A DNA stretch of 64,000 nt. Source: Adineta vaga. Its lineage: Eukaryota; Animalia; Rotifera. Under the pieces are notes generated by a model, which was not told where the DNA came from, did not search any database, and saw only the letters and a list, made by a program, of their open reading frames with translations. Positions within the stretch are counted from its first letter, which is position 1. The number at the start of each line of letters is the position of its first letter. Where the stretch lies: NCBI GenBank assembly GCA_021613535.1, contig CP075492.1, forward strand, positions 14,880,001-14,944,000. The letters run 5' to 3'. The position numbers and the translations under genes are program-made. This document shows, piece after piece, positions 24,897 through 36,998 of this stretch.

Positions 24897-25178
24897 ATGC
24901 AAGCTGATGCATCTACTTCAGCAGCGAAATATTCCATGATAACTCAACCATTGAGTTCAACGATGAATCCATTTGAAATCAAAACAACATCTAATTTACA
25001 AGTGGCATCTTCACGAAATAATTCAACTACAAAATCGGACACAGCTGAGAATATGGATTGTTCTGATTGTTGTGGTAAAATTTGTTCTGAATGTACAGGA
25101 TGTTGTAATACTACCTGTGATCCTCTTTGTAATGCTTTTTGCGCCTTATGTATCTGTTTACAATGTTGGAATCAATAA
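24897..25178 (+). CDS. Small protein with Ser/Thr-rich N-terminus and Cys-rich C-terminal tail (93 aa)
   Basis: 13 Cys in the last ~39 aa, with CC, CxxC and CxxxC spacing; good ATG context. Confidence 0.65.
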   Translation: MQADASTSAAKYSMITQPLSSTMNPFEIKTTSNLQVASSRNNSTTKSDTAENMDCSDCCGKICSECTGCCNTTCDPLCNAFCALCICLQCWNQ

Positions 25179-25474
25179 AAAGAAGAGTCATACGATTTGA
25201 ATAACTCTCAAAACAGTATATAAATGTATATGATGTTCAAATGATAGATACTAATTTGTATCGGATATATAATTAAGATAATGCATTTGACACTGAAGAT
25301 CTACAATCACGTCAAACATTCATTTTACAGAATGTAATATATATCTTTGCTTGTCTCATTACGTACATGAATATGTCTCGTAGTAAACGGCGAACATTTA
25401 AAGTCTAAGAACACTTGCTCAGTGTCGATTAGAGTTTAATTTGCAAAGAAAATAACATTTTCACGAGTTTTTAA

Positions 25475-26210
25475 TTAATAGCATTCAGGGCCACGCGTGG
25501 GATGCGATTGTCCCATCCCACGTGGAGCCTTGTTAGCATTTATTCGAACTTTCTGCAATTCTTTTTCGTAACGAATTAGCTGAATAAAGAAACCATAATT
25601 CGGTGAAGCAAATAGACGTTGATTAAGTAAATAATCATAAGCTTCAAATAGATTATTATGATGATATCTAAAAGAATATTATCAACAGATTGTATCTTCT
25701 CCAATAACCTTTCTTTCTTTTTTTTTACTTGATTAAATAAGCAAGTGTGATCGATGATGATCGCGAGATGCCCATATGACAATGAATTAATACTTTCTCA
25801 TTGTTTTGTTGACATGAATATAAAAAATGATTTGTTTGTTCGAAATATTGTCGAATATTTGCATGAAGATTGTCCAATATATTCAACCATAAAACATTAA
25901 ATTTTTTCGTAATTAATTGTGGTAATGAACTGTTACATGTATTGATTATATGTTGAATACCAAGTTTATTGAGTATATCAATATCTGTTGCATGATTTAT
26001 ATCACCTTGATAAAGAAAATTATCGATAATCACGGATGGAATATTACCATTGAGAATAAGTTCTCTTCGTTTATCTTGAAGTTTAAGTAGACGATTCAAA
26101 TAAATTACTTCATTATCTTCAACATCAATTACATCTTTTAAATAAGCAATTCTTGCTTGATCAATGGAATCATGCGTTGCTGTACTTATATTACTATTTG
26201 TATCCGCCAT
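25475..26210 (-). CDS. Dual-specificity protein phosphatase, 2 exons
   Basis: FLYQG, GIQHIIN, catalytic HCHMGISRS, LAYLIK, intron ~25728-25669, then exon 2 AYDYL..R..ASPNYGFFIQL..YE. Confidence 0.9.
25486..25532. mobile_element. 47-bp hAT-like mini-element with an 8-bp target-site duplication
   Basis: GC-rich palindrome CAGGGCCACGCGTGGGATG...CATCCCACGTGGAGCCTTG flanked by ATAGCATT / TTAGCATT (7/8 match). Confidence 0.75.
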
Positions 26211-26419
26211 TTGTCTTCAAATTGTTGTTGACAACGACGACGAAAAACGTGCATTTTTGCCTTTATCGATAAAAAAAACACATCATTATTTTTTCCATTC
26301 TTTCTAGTTGAAAAGTTTTCTCTTCTAATTCTTTAAAAAGACAAAAAATAAAGGAGAGATCTCTTGACATTCTGGAATAGTTACATTAAAACGAGTAGTT
26401 TTAGATGAATTTTGTGTAA

Positions 26420-28660
26420 TTAAATATGCATATTCAGTGGTAGATAACTATGTAACCATTGAATTGATTTATCATCATTAGATTTCGTCTTATCGTTGTA
26501 ACTTACATTCAATTTCCGAAGATTAGGTATAGTTTTAATCAATTCGACAATACATAATTGATTTTCAACATCGATAGTAAGAATTTCATATTGACGACCA
26601 AGTGGTGACTTAGCCAAAACAGAACATTCAGCACTATTAAAATATCGTAGCTGAATCCTGGTTCTTGATAAAACTCCAATCGATGAATTGACGTACTGGA
26701 AATATTGAATGATGACATAGAGAAATTAATCAAATGACAAAATCGTAATGAATAAAGTTTAGATGCACGATCGATTAACGTTTGTATTTGACCATAATCT
26801 GAATCTTGATTTAAGCTTGCATCAAATGTAATCAGTTGCTCTAATCTTGGACAAGCTAACCAGAAAATATCATTGAATGAATGTTTTATTTTCAGATGAC
26901 GAACATTGACAAATTGAGCTGACACAGTTGATGAGTTTATAATGGAGTGTATAACGGGTGGATCGAAAGTTTTGGCACAAAATATTCGTTTATTTTTCAG
27001 TGTCTTAAAAGAGCTTGTAGAAATTTAAAAACATTGTGTTAAAATCAGAATTTTATGCTCTTTCTGAATATGGGTTCAAAATTTTTATAGTACTTTTGCT
27101 TTGAGAGCTATGAGTCAATCTTTTAGAAGCTCTAAAATCAAGTTTGGACAAACTTCAGTACACTAAAAATGACCCCAAGTAGCAAGAAAAATCATTTCAA
27201 ATACAGCGAATGAAAGAGCAGGTATTTCTCTATGAAATGGTCTACTACTAATTGGTTTACTACAAACTATCTGTTAATAGTGGTTATTTTACTAGGTGAT
27301 ACGTGCCAATTTTTAGCGATTTTCTCGATTACTATGGAAAATAGATTTGCAAAGTGAGCTCGATCATTCCTCAATGATTATTCTGAAATTCTTGGTTCTT
27401 ATCTCATTCTGTAGAGACAACTCTCACCTTCAATTCTATGCAAAAAAAACTATTGTTGCAAAACCCGTCAATTTTTTTCGTCCAAACTTGATTTTAGAGC
27501 CTCTAAAAGATTGACTCATAGCTCTCAAAGCAAAAGTACTATAAAAATTTTGAACCCATATTCAGAAAGAGCATAAAATTCTGATTTTAACACAATGTTT
27601 TTAAATTTCTACAAGCTCTTTTAAGACACTAAAAAATAAACGAATATTTTGTGCCAAAACTTTCGATCCACCCGTTATAAACACAACTTCTATCAGAATG
27701 ATTTGAAAGTGTTGATTTTGATCGACAACTTTCAGAATAATGAAAGGTATTGAATGCATACGGTAACGTATAGAGAGAAGACCAGAACTATTCGAGTCCA
27801 TTGGAGACCAATCACATTGAACAAGCCAACGATGTTTGATAATCCAAAACGAACTACAAAAGGTATTTAATAATTGATCAACTTGTTTATTGATATCGTT
27901 TGATCGAGAGAATTGAACAGACAGTTTCAATTGAAATATTTTGATGTTAGGAATATATTTCGTTAGACGAGTTTCCCATATATATCCATTTAACATAATA
28001 TTATGTATTTCAATTTTTAGATGATTTAGATTGGATACATTATGAAGAAGATTTTTGAGTGAGATCAATGAAAGATGTGAAATTATATTTAATGATGTAA
28101 GCAATGGGCAATGAATAGGTATTCGTTCATTTGAAAAGTGATCGATTTTATCTAGATGAAATGATTGAAGACATGGAGTATGTTTAAATAAATGACATAA
28201 ACCATCCGAATTCCAAAGAATATTTTTGATTGATAAACAATTGATTGTTTCGGATATAACTGATAGTTGATCAAACCATGTCACATGTAAAAATAAAATA
28301 TCAAGATGATACGATTGAGAAAATTGTGGAAAGTTTCTTGATAAATTTCACTGGAACAGGTCGTAAATATTTTTAGTAGCCATAAGATAAGAACATTTCA
28401 GACAAATTTGGCGTTTTGTCATCATCGAAAAGATGAAGTTTAGTAATACGATTTTGAATTGATGGAAGTTATTTTTGACAAAGGATATTAAAATCATGTT
28501 TTGATATTGAACAAAAATCCAAATGATACTGATAAAAGTTTTTGAAAATAAGTTGATCAAAACGATTGTTAAGACCATAGAATGCACGAAGTAGGTTAAC
28601 AATATCCAAGAATTCAAATAATTCAAGAAATAATTCATTAGCCAATGATTCCAATTCCAT
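26420..28660 (-). pseudogene. F-box/LRR-like gene, frameshifted and interrupted by a MITE
   Basis: N-terminus LESLANELFLELFEFL..LLRAFYGLNNRF is F-box-like; LRR-like segments in several frames; insertion at 26952-27677. Confidence 0.8.
26952..27677. mobile_element. Young 726-bp MITE with ~200-bp near-perfect TIRs and TA TSD (Tc1/mariner-type)
   Basis: TA|TAACGGGTGGATCGAAAG...CTTTCGATCCACCCGTTA|TA; arms 26952-~27150 and ~27480-27677 are almost exact reverse complements; no internal ORF. Confidence 0.92.
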
Positions 28661-29477
28661 TTGTGTATGTCTTTTAAGAAAGCAAATAAGTGTACGAGTG
28701 TACTTGTGATCAGAATATTTATAGTATTCTGTTTCAGATCATGGCGAACGTTAACCATTGATGTGTACCTAAGAACAGCAAAAGCACTTTTTTTTTATAA
28801 AAAAAAGATCACAATGGCCATGCTCTCTACTCTGATATTGTTTTCTTAGTTTTTTTCGATAAACGAAACAAACCAAAAGATATGAGTATTCGTCTATCGC
28901 TCCATACATTCTGTGCGTAGCTTTGCAATCAAGTAGAAAAATTGAGTGTAAAATTTTCTTCGATGTCAAAGTCACTTCAATTTATTAAAGATTACATTTC
29001 AAAAATAGAACAGGTCACTCTGACATAGTTCATTCGCATTTTTTCACGCAGAAGAAATTATTCGAAATACGAATTATAAGATATATTTAGTATCATATTT
29101 CTCAGCTAATTAAGAAGTTTGTAGTTGACGTACACATACAATTTCATCTCATAAATAAAATCACTATGAAAATAAATATTAATTTTAAGTTAATATAATG
29201 AAAATTCATTTGTATTCTTACTAATTTCAACAAAACTTTCTTCTCTCATCGAATTATTGTCCTAATGATAAAGAAACATTAGTAAAGATTTTCTCACAGC
29301 ATTTTTCTTCATCTCAAAAGAGAAACAAAAATCACATTCGACAGTTTTTTAGAGATTAGCAAAATGATTTCACAGACGTTTTTCTCTTAGTAAGAGTTCT
29401 GCATTAAATGTTATGTTTCTGTTAACAATATTTCAACTATTGCATTTATATATTTTAAAAATTCGAAAAGAGAAAAA

Positions 29478-30512
29478 CTATTTAATATTTTGTATAACAG
29501 TTTCATAATCCGGCGGTTGATCAGTATGTGAAGGACATGAAATAATTGACGGATTCAAGGATGGTTGCTGTTGTTGATTGAGATCAAAATAGGGTTCTGT
29601 TCCTAATATAATTGGTACTTCTACATGAAAATTAGTAAACATTCCTTGAACTTTAACAGAAAATTTCAGCCTATAACGAAGATGAACATCAGCAATAGAT
29701 TGAAGACCACCTTGAAAATCATACGATGGAGGTAATTGAATAGCAGGAATATTCACTGAAAAGATTTCTTGTATGTGTTCATCATTACGATCAATAATAT
29801 TTGGTAATGTTATTTCCAATATAGTTGATTCACGTGAATTACATCTAATTTGAAATGATTGTAAGATTAATAGATCGATAGATTGAATGAGTACTCTTCG
29901 AGGATTTGAAAATTCAAAAGTAGCGATCAATAGTTCACCAGGAACGAATCCTATTTTATTTAAAGTTCCTTTGAAATTGATTTCTTTTCGATTTTGATTT
30001 CCGAATAAAGTTGTTCGTAAACATTGTGGATTTCGTAAAAGATTAACGCATGGAAATACAGTTATATATTTAGTTTCTTTTGTATTTAGTTTGTACCATG
30101 GTTTTACAATAACAACTTGAAGATAATATCGAACATGAGGATATGACTGTGGAAGATTAATTGTTGGTGGAATAAGATCAGATAATAAGATTTGAAATGG
30201 CCATGAATATTGTCCTTGTTCATAAATAAGTTTTTCTTGTCCGTCTGATAGTTTGGCAAAGGTAATTCGTGCAAAATAAAAAGGTATATGATGATATTCA
30301 GTATATGTTGTTGTTTGACCACGACCATTTGAAACAGTTCGAGTTGTTACATAACCAATTTCACCTGTTAATGCTATATAGATTTCATTTGCTTCTAATT
30401 TCCCTTCGATTACATTCAATTGAACAGTACCAGAAACAGATTCACCACCATAATAAAATGAAATAGTTCGATCAAGATTAATCACGATTCCATTACTAAA
30501 ACCACAACCCAT
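29478..30512 (-). CDS. Alpha-arrestin (arrestin N and C domains with PPxY motifs)
   Basis: YYGGESVSGTV, GQYSWPFQ..PPT, VRYYLQV, PIILGT, PPSY and PPDY; N-terminal MGC is a possible acylation site. Confidence 0.9.
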   Translation of the reverse strand: MGCGFSNGIVINLDRTISFYYGGESVSGTVQLNVIEGKLEANEIYIALTGEIGYVTTRTVSNGRGQTTTYTEYHHIPFYFARITFAKLSDGQEKLIYEQGQYSWPFQILLSDLIPPTINLPQSYPHVRYYLQVVIVKPWYKLNTKETKYITVFPCVNLLRNPQCLRTTLFGNQNRKEINFKGTLNKIGFVPGELLIATFEFSNPRRVLIQSIDLLILQSFQIRCNSRESTILEITLPNIIDRNDEHIQEIFSVNIPAIQLPPSYDFQGGLQSIADVHLRYRLKFSVKVQGMFTNFHVEVPIILGTEPYFDLNQQQQPSLNPSIISCPSHTDQPPDYETVIQNIK

Positions 30513-31362
30513 TTTGAAAGTTTTATAAATAATGTTTAGAATAAGTTTTGATTTGTTGTGTATTGATAAAACTTCACGACCTTTTCAGCATGCGATTTTT
30601 CTGCTTCTTTGAGTAAATAACATCTTTTCATGGAAGCAAAAAATAGGTGCTTGAATGTATATAACAGATAGAAAGCATTTTTTTCTTCATCAAGAAAATA
30701 GAATCTCCCGACGACGAAGATGAATGAGTATCTTCAAGCATACGTTCATAAAGGAAAAGAAAAAAAGACGTCCGTCTTAATTTCAGTCTGTAATTCACAT
30801 TGAATCCATTATTTTTATCGGTTTTGAAAAGAAAAAAAATGAAGAAATCATATATCTTAGTATGAGTAATCGTGATAATATAAGAAAATTCAATGATTAA
30901 AACATTTTCTTTTTCGGATTTTTTTAGAAGATTTTCCATACATGACAATCAACGGTGTTATAAAAACACATTTAATCTTTTTTTTTCTACTTTGAAAATG
31001 TTTTCTGATATTTAATAAATAATATTTGTTAAAAATACTAACTAAACATGAATTTTATCAAAAATATAATCTTTTCTATGATTCACTGAAAATCCTTGAG
31101 TTTTACTGATAAAGTAGTTATTCATCATGATTTCATCTATGTTGACAATCTTACAACTATAAACTGCGCTCTAAAAATTATGATGCACGCAGTGAAACAT
31201 TATCTTTTTCGTATCTTACCCGCCTTCAAGATACACAATACTGTATGCTCATATCCTTTGTTGACTAAGATAACTATGTAAAATTTGTCTTTATAAATAC
31301 AATTTCCATCTTTCTTACCTTTGCATAGTAGTAAGTAATTTGTCTGAAGAATTTCATATACA

Positions 31363-31961
31363 ATGGGGTTTAATCCACGTTTATTATGTATTGTTGCTGC
31401 CGGTCTCTTTGGTCTTGCATGTTTATTCTATATTCTTAGTAACGCTCTTCCTTCATGGTATGTATATTCATACGAAATCTTTCAAATTGATTGAGTAGAA
31501 AACCATTTTATAATAAGTAAATTATTTCTTTTAGGGCTACATCTAGTGGAACTGGAGAATCGCTTTCGTTCGGCCTTTGGCAAGGCTGTGTTACAATTTT
31601 AAACCAAAAAACATGTCTTGCTATACAATGTTCCACAACAGAAGGCTTCACTCCCTGTGCAAAACTTTATGCGGCCCGAGCTTTTGTTACCATAGCTTGT
31701 CTTATGGCGGCTGTTACAGTTGTTATTCTTTTACTAAATGCTCGAAATCAAGATATATCAAATAAAACATTATTGATGGGAACGAAAGCTCTTGCATTCT
31801 TTTGTCTTTTGATGGGAATTATTGGAGTAGCGGTTGGTATCAGTGCTTATATGGTTGGTGACAGTCGAGTTAAACCTAGTTTAGGTGTCGGTGCTATATT
31901 AGGAATTATTGGTATTGTTGTCAATCTAGCTGGTGCTATTGTAACAGTTCTAATTCGATAA
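31363..31961 (+). CDS. Claudin/PMP22-superfamily four-TM protein, 2 exons (31363-31457, 31535-31961)
   Basis: TM1, then PSW...FGLWQGC...C...C..ARAF signature and three further hydrophobic helices. Confidence 0.85.
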
Positions 31962-32231
31962 AACGTTTTTAATGATTAGAACGTGATTTTTTTTCTGTCC
32001 ATTTTTGATTGAATAATAAAATGATATCTTCTAATGGAAATTTGAATTTGTTTCTATTGTAATACGAATGATTCTTTCTACAAAAAAATATTCACACTAT
32101 CGTTGTTGTTCTTCTTCTATACATAAAACTTGTGATTGGTTTGTTATGCATGAATGAAAAGCACGTGCATCATTGTTTAGTAAGAATAAATATTCTCATC
32201 ATATTTCGATTATTTATTGTATACAATTGCA

Positions 32232-33315
32232 ATGGCGTATAGTTCGAATAAAGATCATCCATGGTTTGAAATTTGTCATTCACGTCCATCAGCAAAATAT
32301 CAAGTCTTTATATTTCCAGCAGCTGGTACTCCAGGTATATATGATTGAATATTTCTGATCCCTTTTAACTAAAAAATTTCTTAGGTCAATTTTATAAAGA
32401 TTGGGATCGAAATTTTCCTCAGTATGAATTTTCTGTTGTTATCTATCCTGGACGAGCGAAACGTCTTGGCGAACCATTTCTTACCACGATTAAAGAATAT
32501 CTAATTCAATTACATCGAGAACTTCTTCCATATATAACTAAACCATGTATTTTTATTGGACATAGGTAAATTTCTGGTTTCTTTTTTATTCAAAATGATG
32601 TTTTCATTTATTGTCATATTTTAGTGTTGGAACAATAATTAGTTTTGCATTCGCCAGACATATGATTCAAACAAGAAACCAAGGAGATTTAATAAAATTA
32701 TTGATTGAAATGGCAAGAGGACCACCACATCTAGAAGGTTGACATAGATTATTAGGAAAAGAAAATAGTCTACCTCTTTTTCAGATGTGGACAAGTCATT
32801 TACTTTGATGAGTGATACTGAACTTGTGGAAGATTTAAAACGAATATCAGGTTGACTAACTTCTTTTTTCTTTTATAGGAATTTCTCATTTTCCTATAGA
32901 TCCAAAAGCAAGAGATGTATACGATTACAAACCATTTGTTGAAATGATCATTCCAATGTTACAAGCTGATGCAAAAGTTTGTGCAATCTCTCGTGAGAAA
33001 TCTCTGATTTAAAAATTTTCTTCTTTAGATTGGTGATGTTTTAATTCCATCAAATCCAATCAATATTCCAATTCTCGTGTATGGCGGTGAAAAAGAAGAA
33101 AATTTGACAGAATCAATTTTAAATCGGTAAAAACAAACAAATAATTATATTTATGAAAGATTGTAAGAAAATCTTTTAGATGGATTGAATTAACTACAGT
33201 CAAAGATCTCTTTCGTGTTCGAATGTTTCCTGGTCATCATAATTTTCATTCGGAACATCCTGATGAAGTTTTACGATGTCTCAAAGAAGATTTTAATCAA
33301 ATATTCAAAACCTAA
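32232..33315 (+). CDS. Type II thioesterase (GrsT/SrfAD/OLAH-like alpha/beta hydrolase), 7 exons
   Basis: Rebuilt by hand: FPAAGTPG, YPGRAKRLGEP, nucleophile elbow IGHSVG (across an intron), PMLQAD, PILVYGGE, W.ELT, FPGHHNF; six GT-AG introns keep the frame. Confidence 0.85.
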
Positions 33316-33703
33316 TTTTCTTTTTTCAAGAGTAACTCTATACCGATGTCTTCTTCTTTGCATGTTACACTTTATTTTCTCACATTAATCAGCAAGGATC
33401 ATGTTGACAACATAAATTGTGAATACGTTACAGTCCCCTGAGGAATAACGTCTATCTATTCGATCTTAATTGAGATTTCCTTTCTCATTCTTCTTATTAT
33501 TTTTTAATTAGTATTTATTCCAGTGAATACATCGGTACTTCATCATTCGGAACTAATTTAGCTGATCTTTTCAGACAACCTTGTTCGGATATGGTTTTTG
33601 TTTTTATTTTGAAAATGAAATAAAATCTCTTGAGAAAAATTTCCACCGAGACAAAAAATCTTTACTGTTAATATACAAAGGAACAAGAGAAGAAAAACAT
33701 TCG

Positions 33704-35203
33704 TTAATTTGCTGCTGAACTTGGCTCATTACCAACGAATGCACGTTGATCATCATCATTGTGTAAAATACAACTTGTTTGTTGATCAGGCAATGGAATT
33801 TCATGATGAATAGGTTTCGTTGTATAGAAAAATGTTGCATCATTCATTTTCGATCGTCGACGAGTTTTCCATGCTGACCATTTATTTGTTCGGATATATT
33901 CACGAAAATTTTGTGTTAAAATTAAATAAAGTAATGGATTTAATAAACCATTAGCATAAACAAAAACTAACGTTACGAAATTTAAGATTTGAATATAACG
34001 TGTTGGTCCACGTTCGTTGAATGTATCATAAAGTTGAAGAATCCATAATGGTGACCAAAGAACAAAAAAGGCAATAATTATTAGAAGAACAAGTGTTGTT
34101 GCACGACGTTTATAGATATTTAATGAGCGATGTGATAAAGATAAACGTCGTGATCTTAACGACCAACGATGAAGAAATAAAATTAAACGAAAAGAAAATG
34201 TGCAAGTTATTAATGATGGAAGTAGAAATGCACAAGCAAATTTCAATTGAACATAACGTGATAATTCTCCAGCTGTCCAACTTGATTTACATTCACTTAC
34301 AACACCTGATGCTAATGCAGCTCGCGAACGATTATGAACAAATAAAGATGAAGACATTGGTAATGGAAATAAGATCGCAAAGATCCATAAAATAACAATA
34401 TAACCTAAGACTAATGCACATTTTACTTGATCATTATAACGACGTGTTGTTTCACGAACATCCATATATCGTTCGATACTTAATGCAGTTATGGTATATA
34501 CACCAACCTAAAAAAAAAAGAAGAAAATTCCATTGATTTTATAAGAAATACTTGAAACAATTCTTTTCTTTTTGACATTCGTTTAATTAGAAATTTATGA
34601 TTAGTAATTTGATTAACCGAGTTTGCTTTTTTTTCAATAATCAAATTATATTCTTTCAAATAATTCAATTAATCGAACATCAACATGTTTTCTTACGTCA
34701 GTGTTTTATTCGAATTAATTCAACTCATCATATTTATCTCTAACATAAATCTACACATTAGATATGTAAGATCAGATAGACGAATGTTTACTCAAAGAAC
34801 ATCTGTGATGTTATCAAAATGATGCAAGATCGATAAAATATCATTCCGATGAGATTTGTTCATTAATTAAAAGATAGATATGACTTACAATCATGGCAAT
34901 GATATCAATTGCAATTGCTAATTGACAACCAACACGACCAAATGGCCACCATGGAATAACAATATGTACGGCAAATATCGGAATGGTCAATGAATAAACA
35001 ATATCACTGACAGCCAAATTGATAATTAAGAGATTAATTGGAGTTATTGCTCGTGCACCAACAATACTTATAATTGATACACAATTGAGAGCAACTGATG
35101 ATACAAAGATAATTCCTAAGATAACCAATTGAGGTATTGGTGGAAGACTTAAAACAAGAGGAGAAGGAGGATTACCAACTGGAATATGTAAAGTACTGTT
35201 CAT
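33704..35203 (-). CDS. Class A peptide-type GPCR, 2 exons (35203-34889, 34507-33704)
   Basis: NLAVSD, WPFGRVGC, LSIERY, FLLP, FFVLWSP, NPLLY. Confidence 0.9.
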
Positions 35204-35891
35204 TGCCTAAACGAAGAATCTAGTAGAAAATAGTTCCAATCTAGAAAATAAAAGTCATGTATGATCTATTCTTCTTTTCAAGAACTTTTCTAATTGTCTA
35301 GATAACGAGTTACTTTTATTTCTAATGAGAAAGGATAAGAGTACGTTCATACGTTTCCTTCATCGAATAACTAATGAAAACGAGAAAGAAAGAGAGAGGG
35401 AGAGGAAAAAAACAAGAAGAAAAAGAAGAAAAAATATTGTAAGGACGTACGAGTAAGTTAGTTGGGAGAAAAGACAGGTGCCATCAAAGATGTGTTATTC
35501 CATTGAGAGAAAAGACAATGACGAACCATGAATATGTCACTAGAAGAAATAATAATATGAAATAACAATCAAATAGAAGATATTAATTGTTTCGTCATCT
35601 TTACAACGGAAATAGACCTTATTACTTTGATAGTCGGAATGACGCATTTCCATCAATGATGTTCTTTCCTTGTATCTAAAAAGCAAACCGTTCTTCGCTT
35701 ATTGTTCTTTATTTGGTTGACGTCTTCTCTAGAGCAGTCATTTTGACAACTGTTTCTTTTTCTTCGATCAATGATGTAACGATTAAGCAATGATTGTTAA
35801 TTATGTTTAAGGATAGAAAAAAAGGAAGAACAAATAAGATGTCTCGTTCATTTCCATTCTATTATCTAATCATTTCGTCAACGTCTTATCC

Positions 35892-35922
<31 letters not shown>

Positions 35923-36998
35923 TCAACATCATTCAATCTTGTCCACAAATCTACAGTCAGTTCATTAACTCGGAAAAAAAGAAATTTTCTTCTACGCACA
36001 CACATCAATATACAATCTCAAACGACAAGAACATACAAATGATAAGAAATGACAGTTAGATTTGTTTTCAAACAAGGTCAACACTCTTCGCTACTCGCTA
36101 GAGAGAAAAGAAAGGAAATAAATTCTTTTGCTCATAGATTAACGAATTTGTTTACTCTATTAAATAATTGAACTCTTTATAACAAATTCATTATCTATTT
36201 TCAATCATAAAGTTAATTATCTAAACATCTTGGATCGATTAAAGTTATTCGCTAATTATTTGCAGATCTATCGAGAGAAAATTCTTGGAAAAAGAATAAC
36301 TTTATATTCTTTATGGTATTTCAATGTAACATGCAGTGTTATCATTGAAGAAATTTCTTCATATATATATATATATCTATTCGCTTTAAATAGATATCTG
36401 CTGAGCGACAATTCTATCTGTCAACGTGACAACGGTAGACTATATATATATATATATATGTGTGTGTGCAAGAGTCATTGACATGATGTCAATTTCATAA
36501 ACAATCAGATATGTCTATCGAGAAGTTCTGATCTCCATGTTTTTGTGTCATATATTATCATAGTTAAAACATCTCAATTATTCGCCAATGGAGAAAAAAA
36601 AGAATGAATTGTAAACCAGATAGATGACCTTGTCTGTGTTTATGTCAATCAAATAAGTTCATAGACGTGTTGAATAGAAATTTTCTTTTTTCGTATTACG
36701 ATTGGCTATGTGTGATGTAAAAAATTGATTATTGTTATCTTGTTATTTATTGCACTGAATGATCTCACATTCGGCCTAAGAGGATTGTTCGTCTTGCAAG
36801 TAAATGGTGAAATGTAGTTTTCCATTAACGGATTTAATGTTTTGTTCATGTCAACAAAATTTGTTCTAGATTTGAATAATAATGAACACAATTATTCTAT
36901 GAAAGTTTTTCACCTTTATCGTTCATAGAAAATTCACTATTAAATCAATGAATATGTAAAAAGCAAGGATAGATTTATTTATTCATACGATAAATAAT

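Noticed and set aside
27601-27680. C-terminus ITGGSKVLAQNIRLFF.. of the 227-aa ORF as real protein
   Set aside because: Read-through into the MITE TIR
35380-36470. (GA)n, (CT)n and (TA)n tracts and short ORFs
   Set aside because: Ordinary microsatellites in the GPCR upstream region
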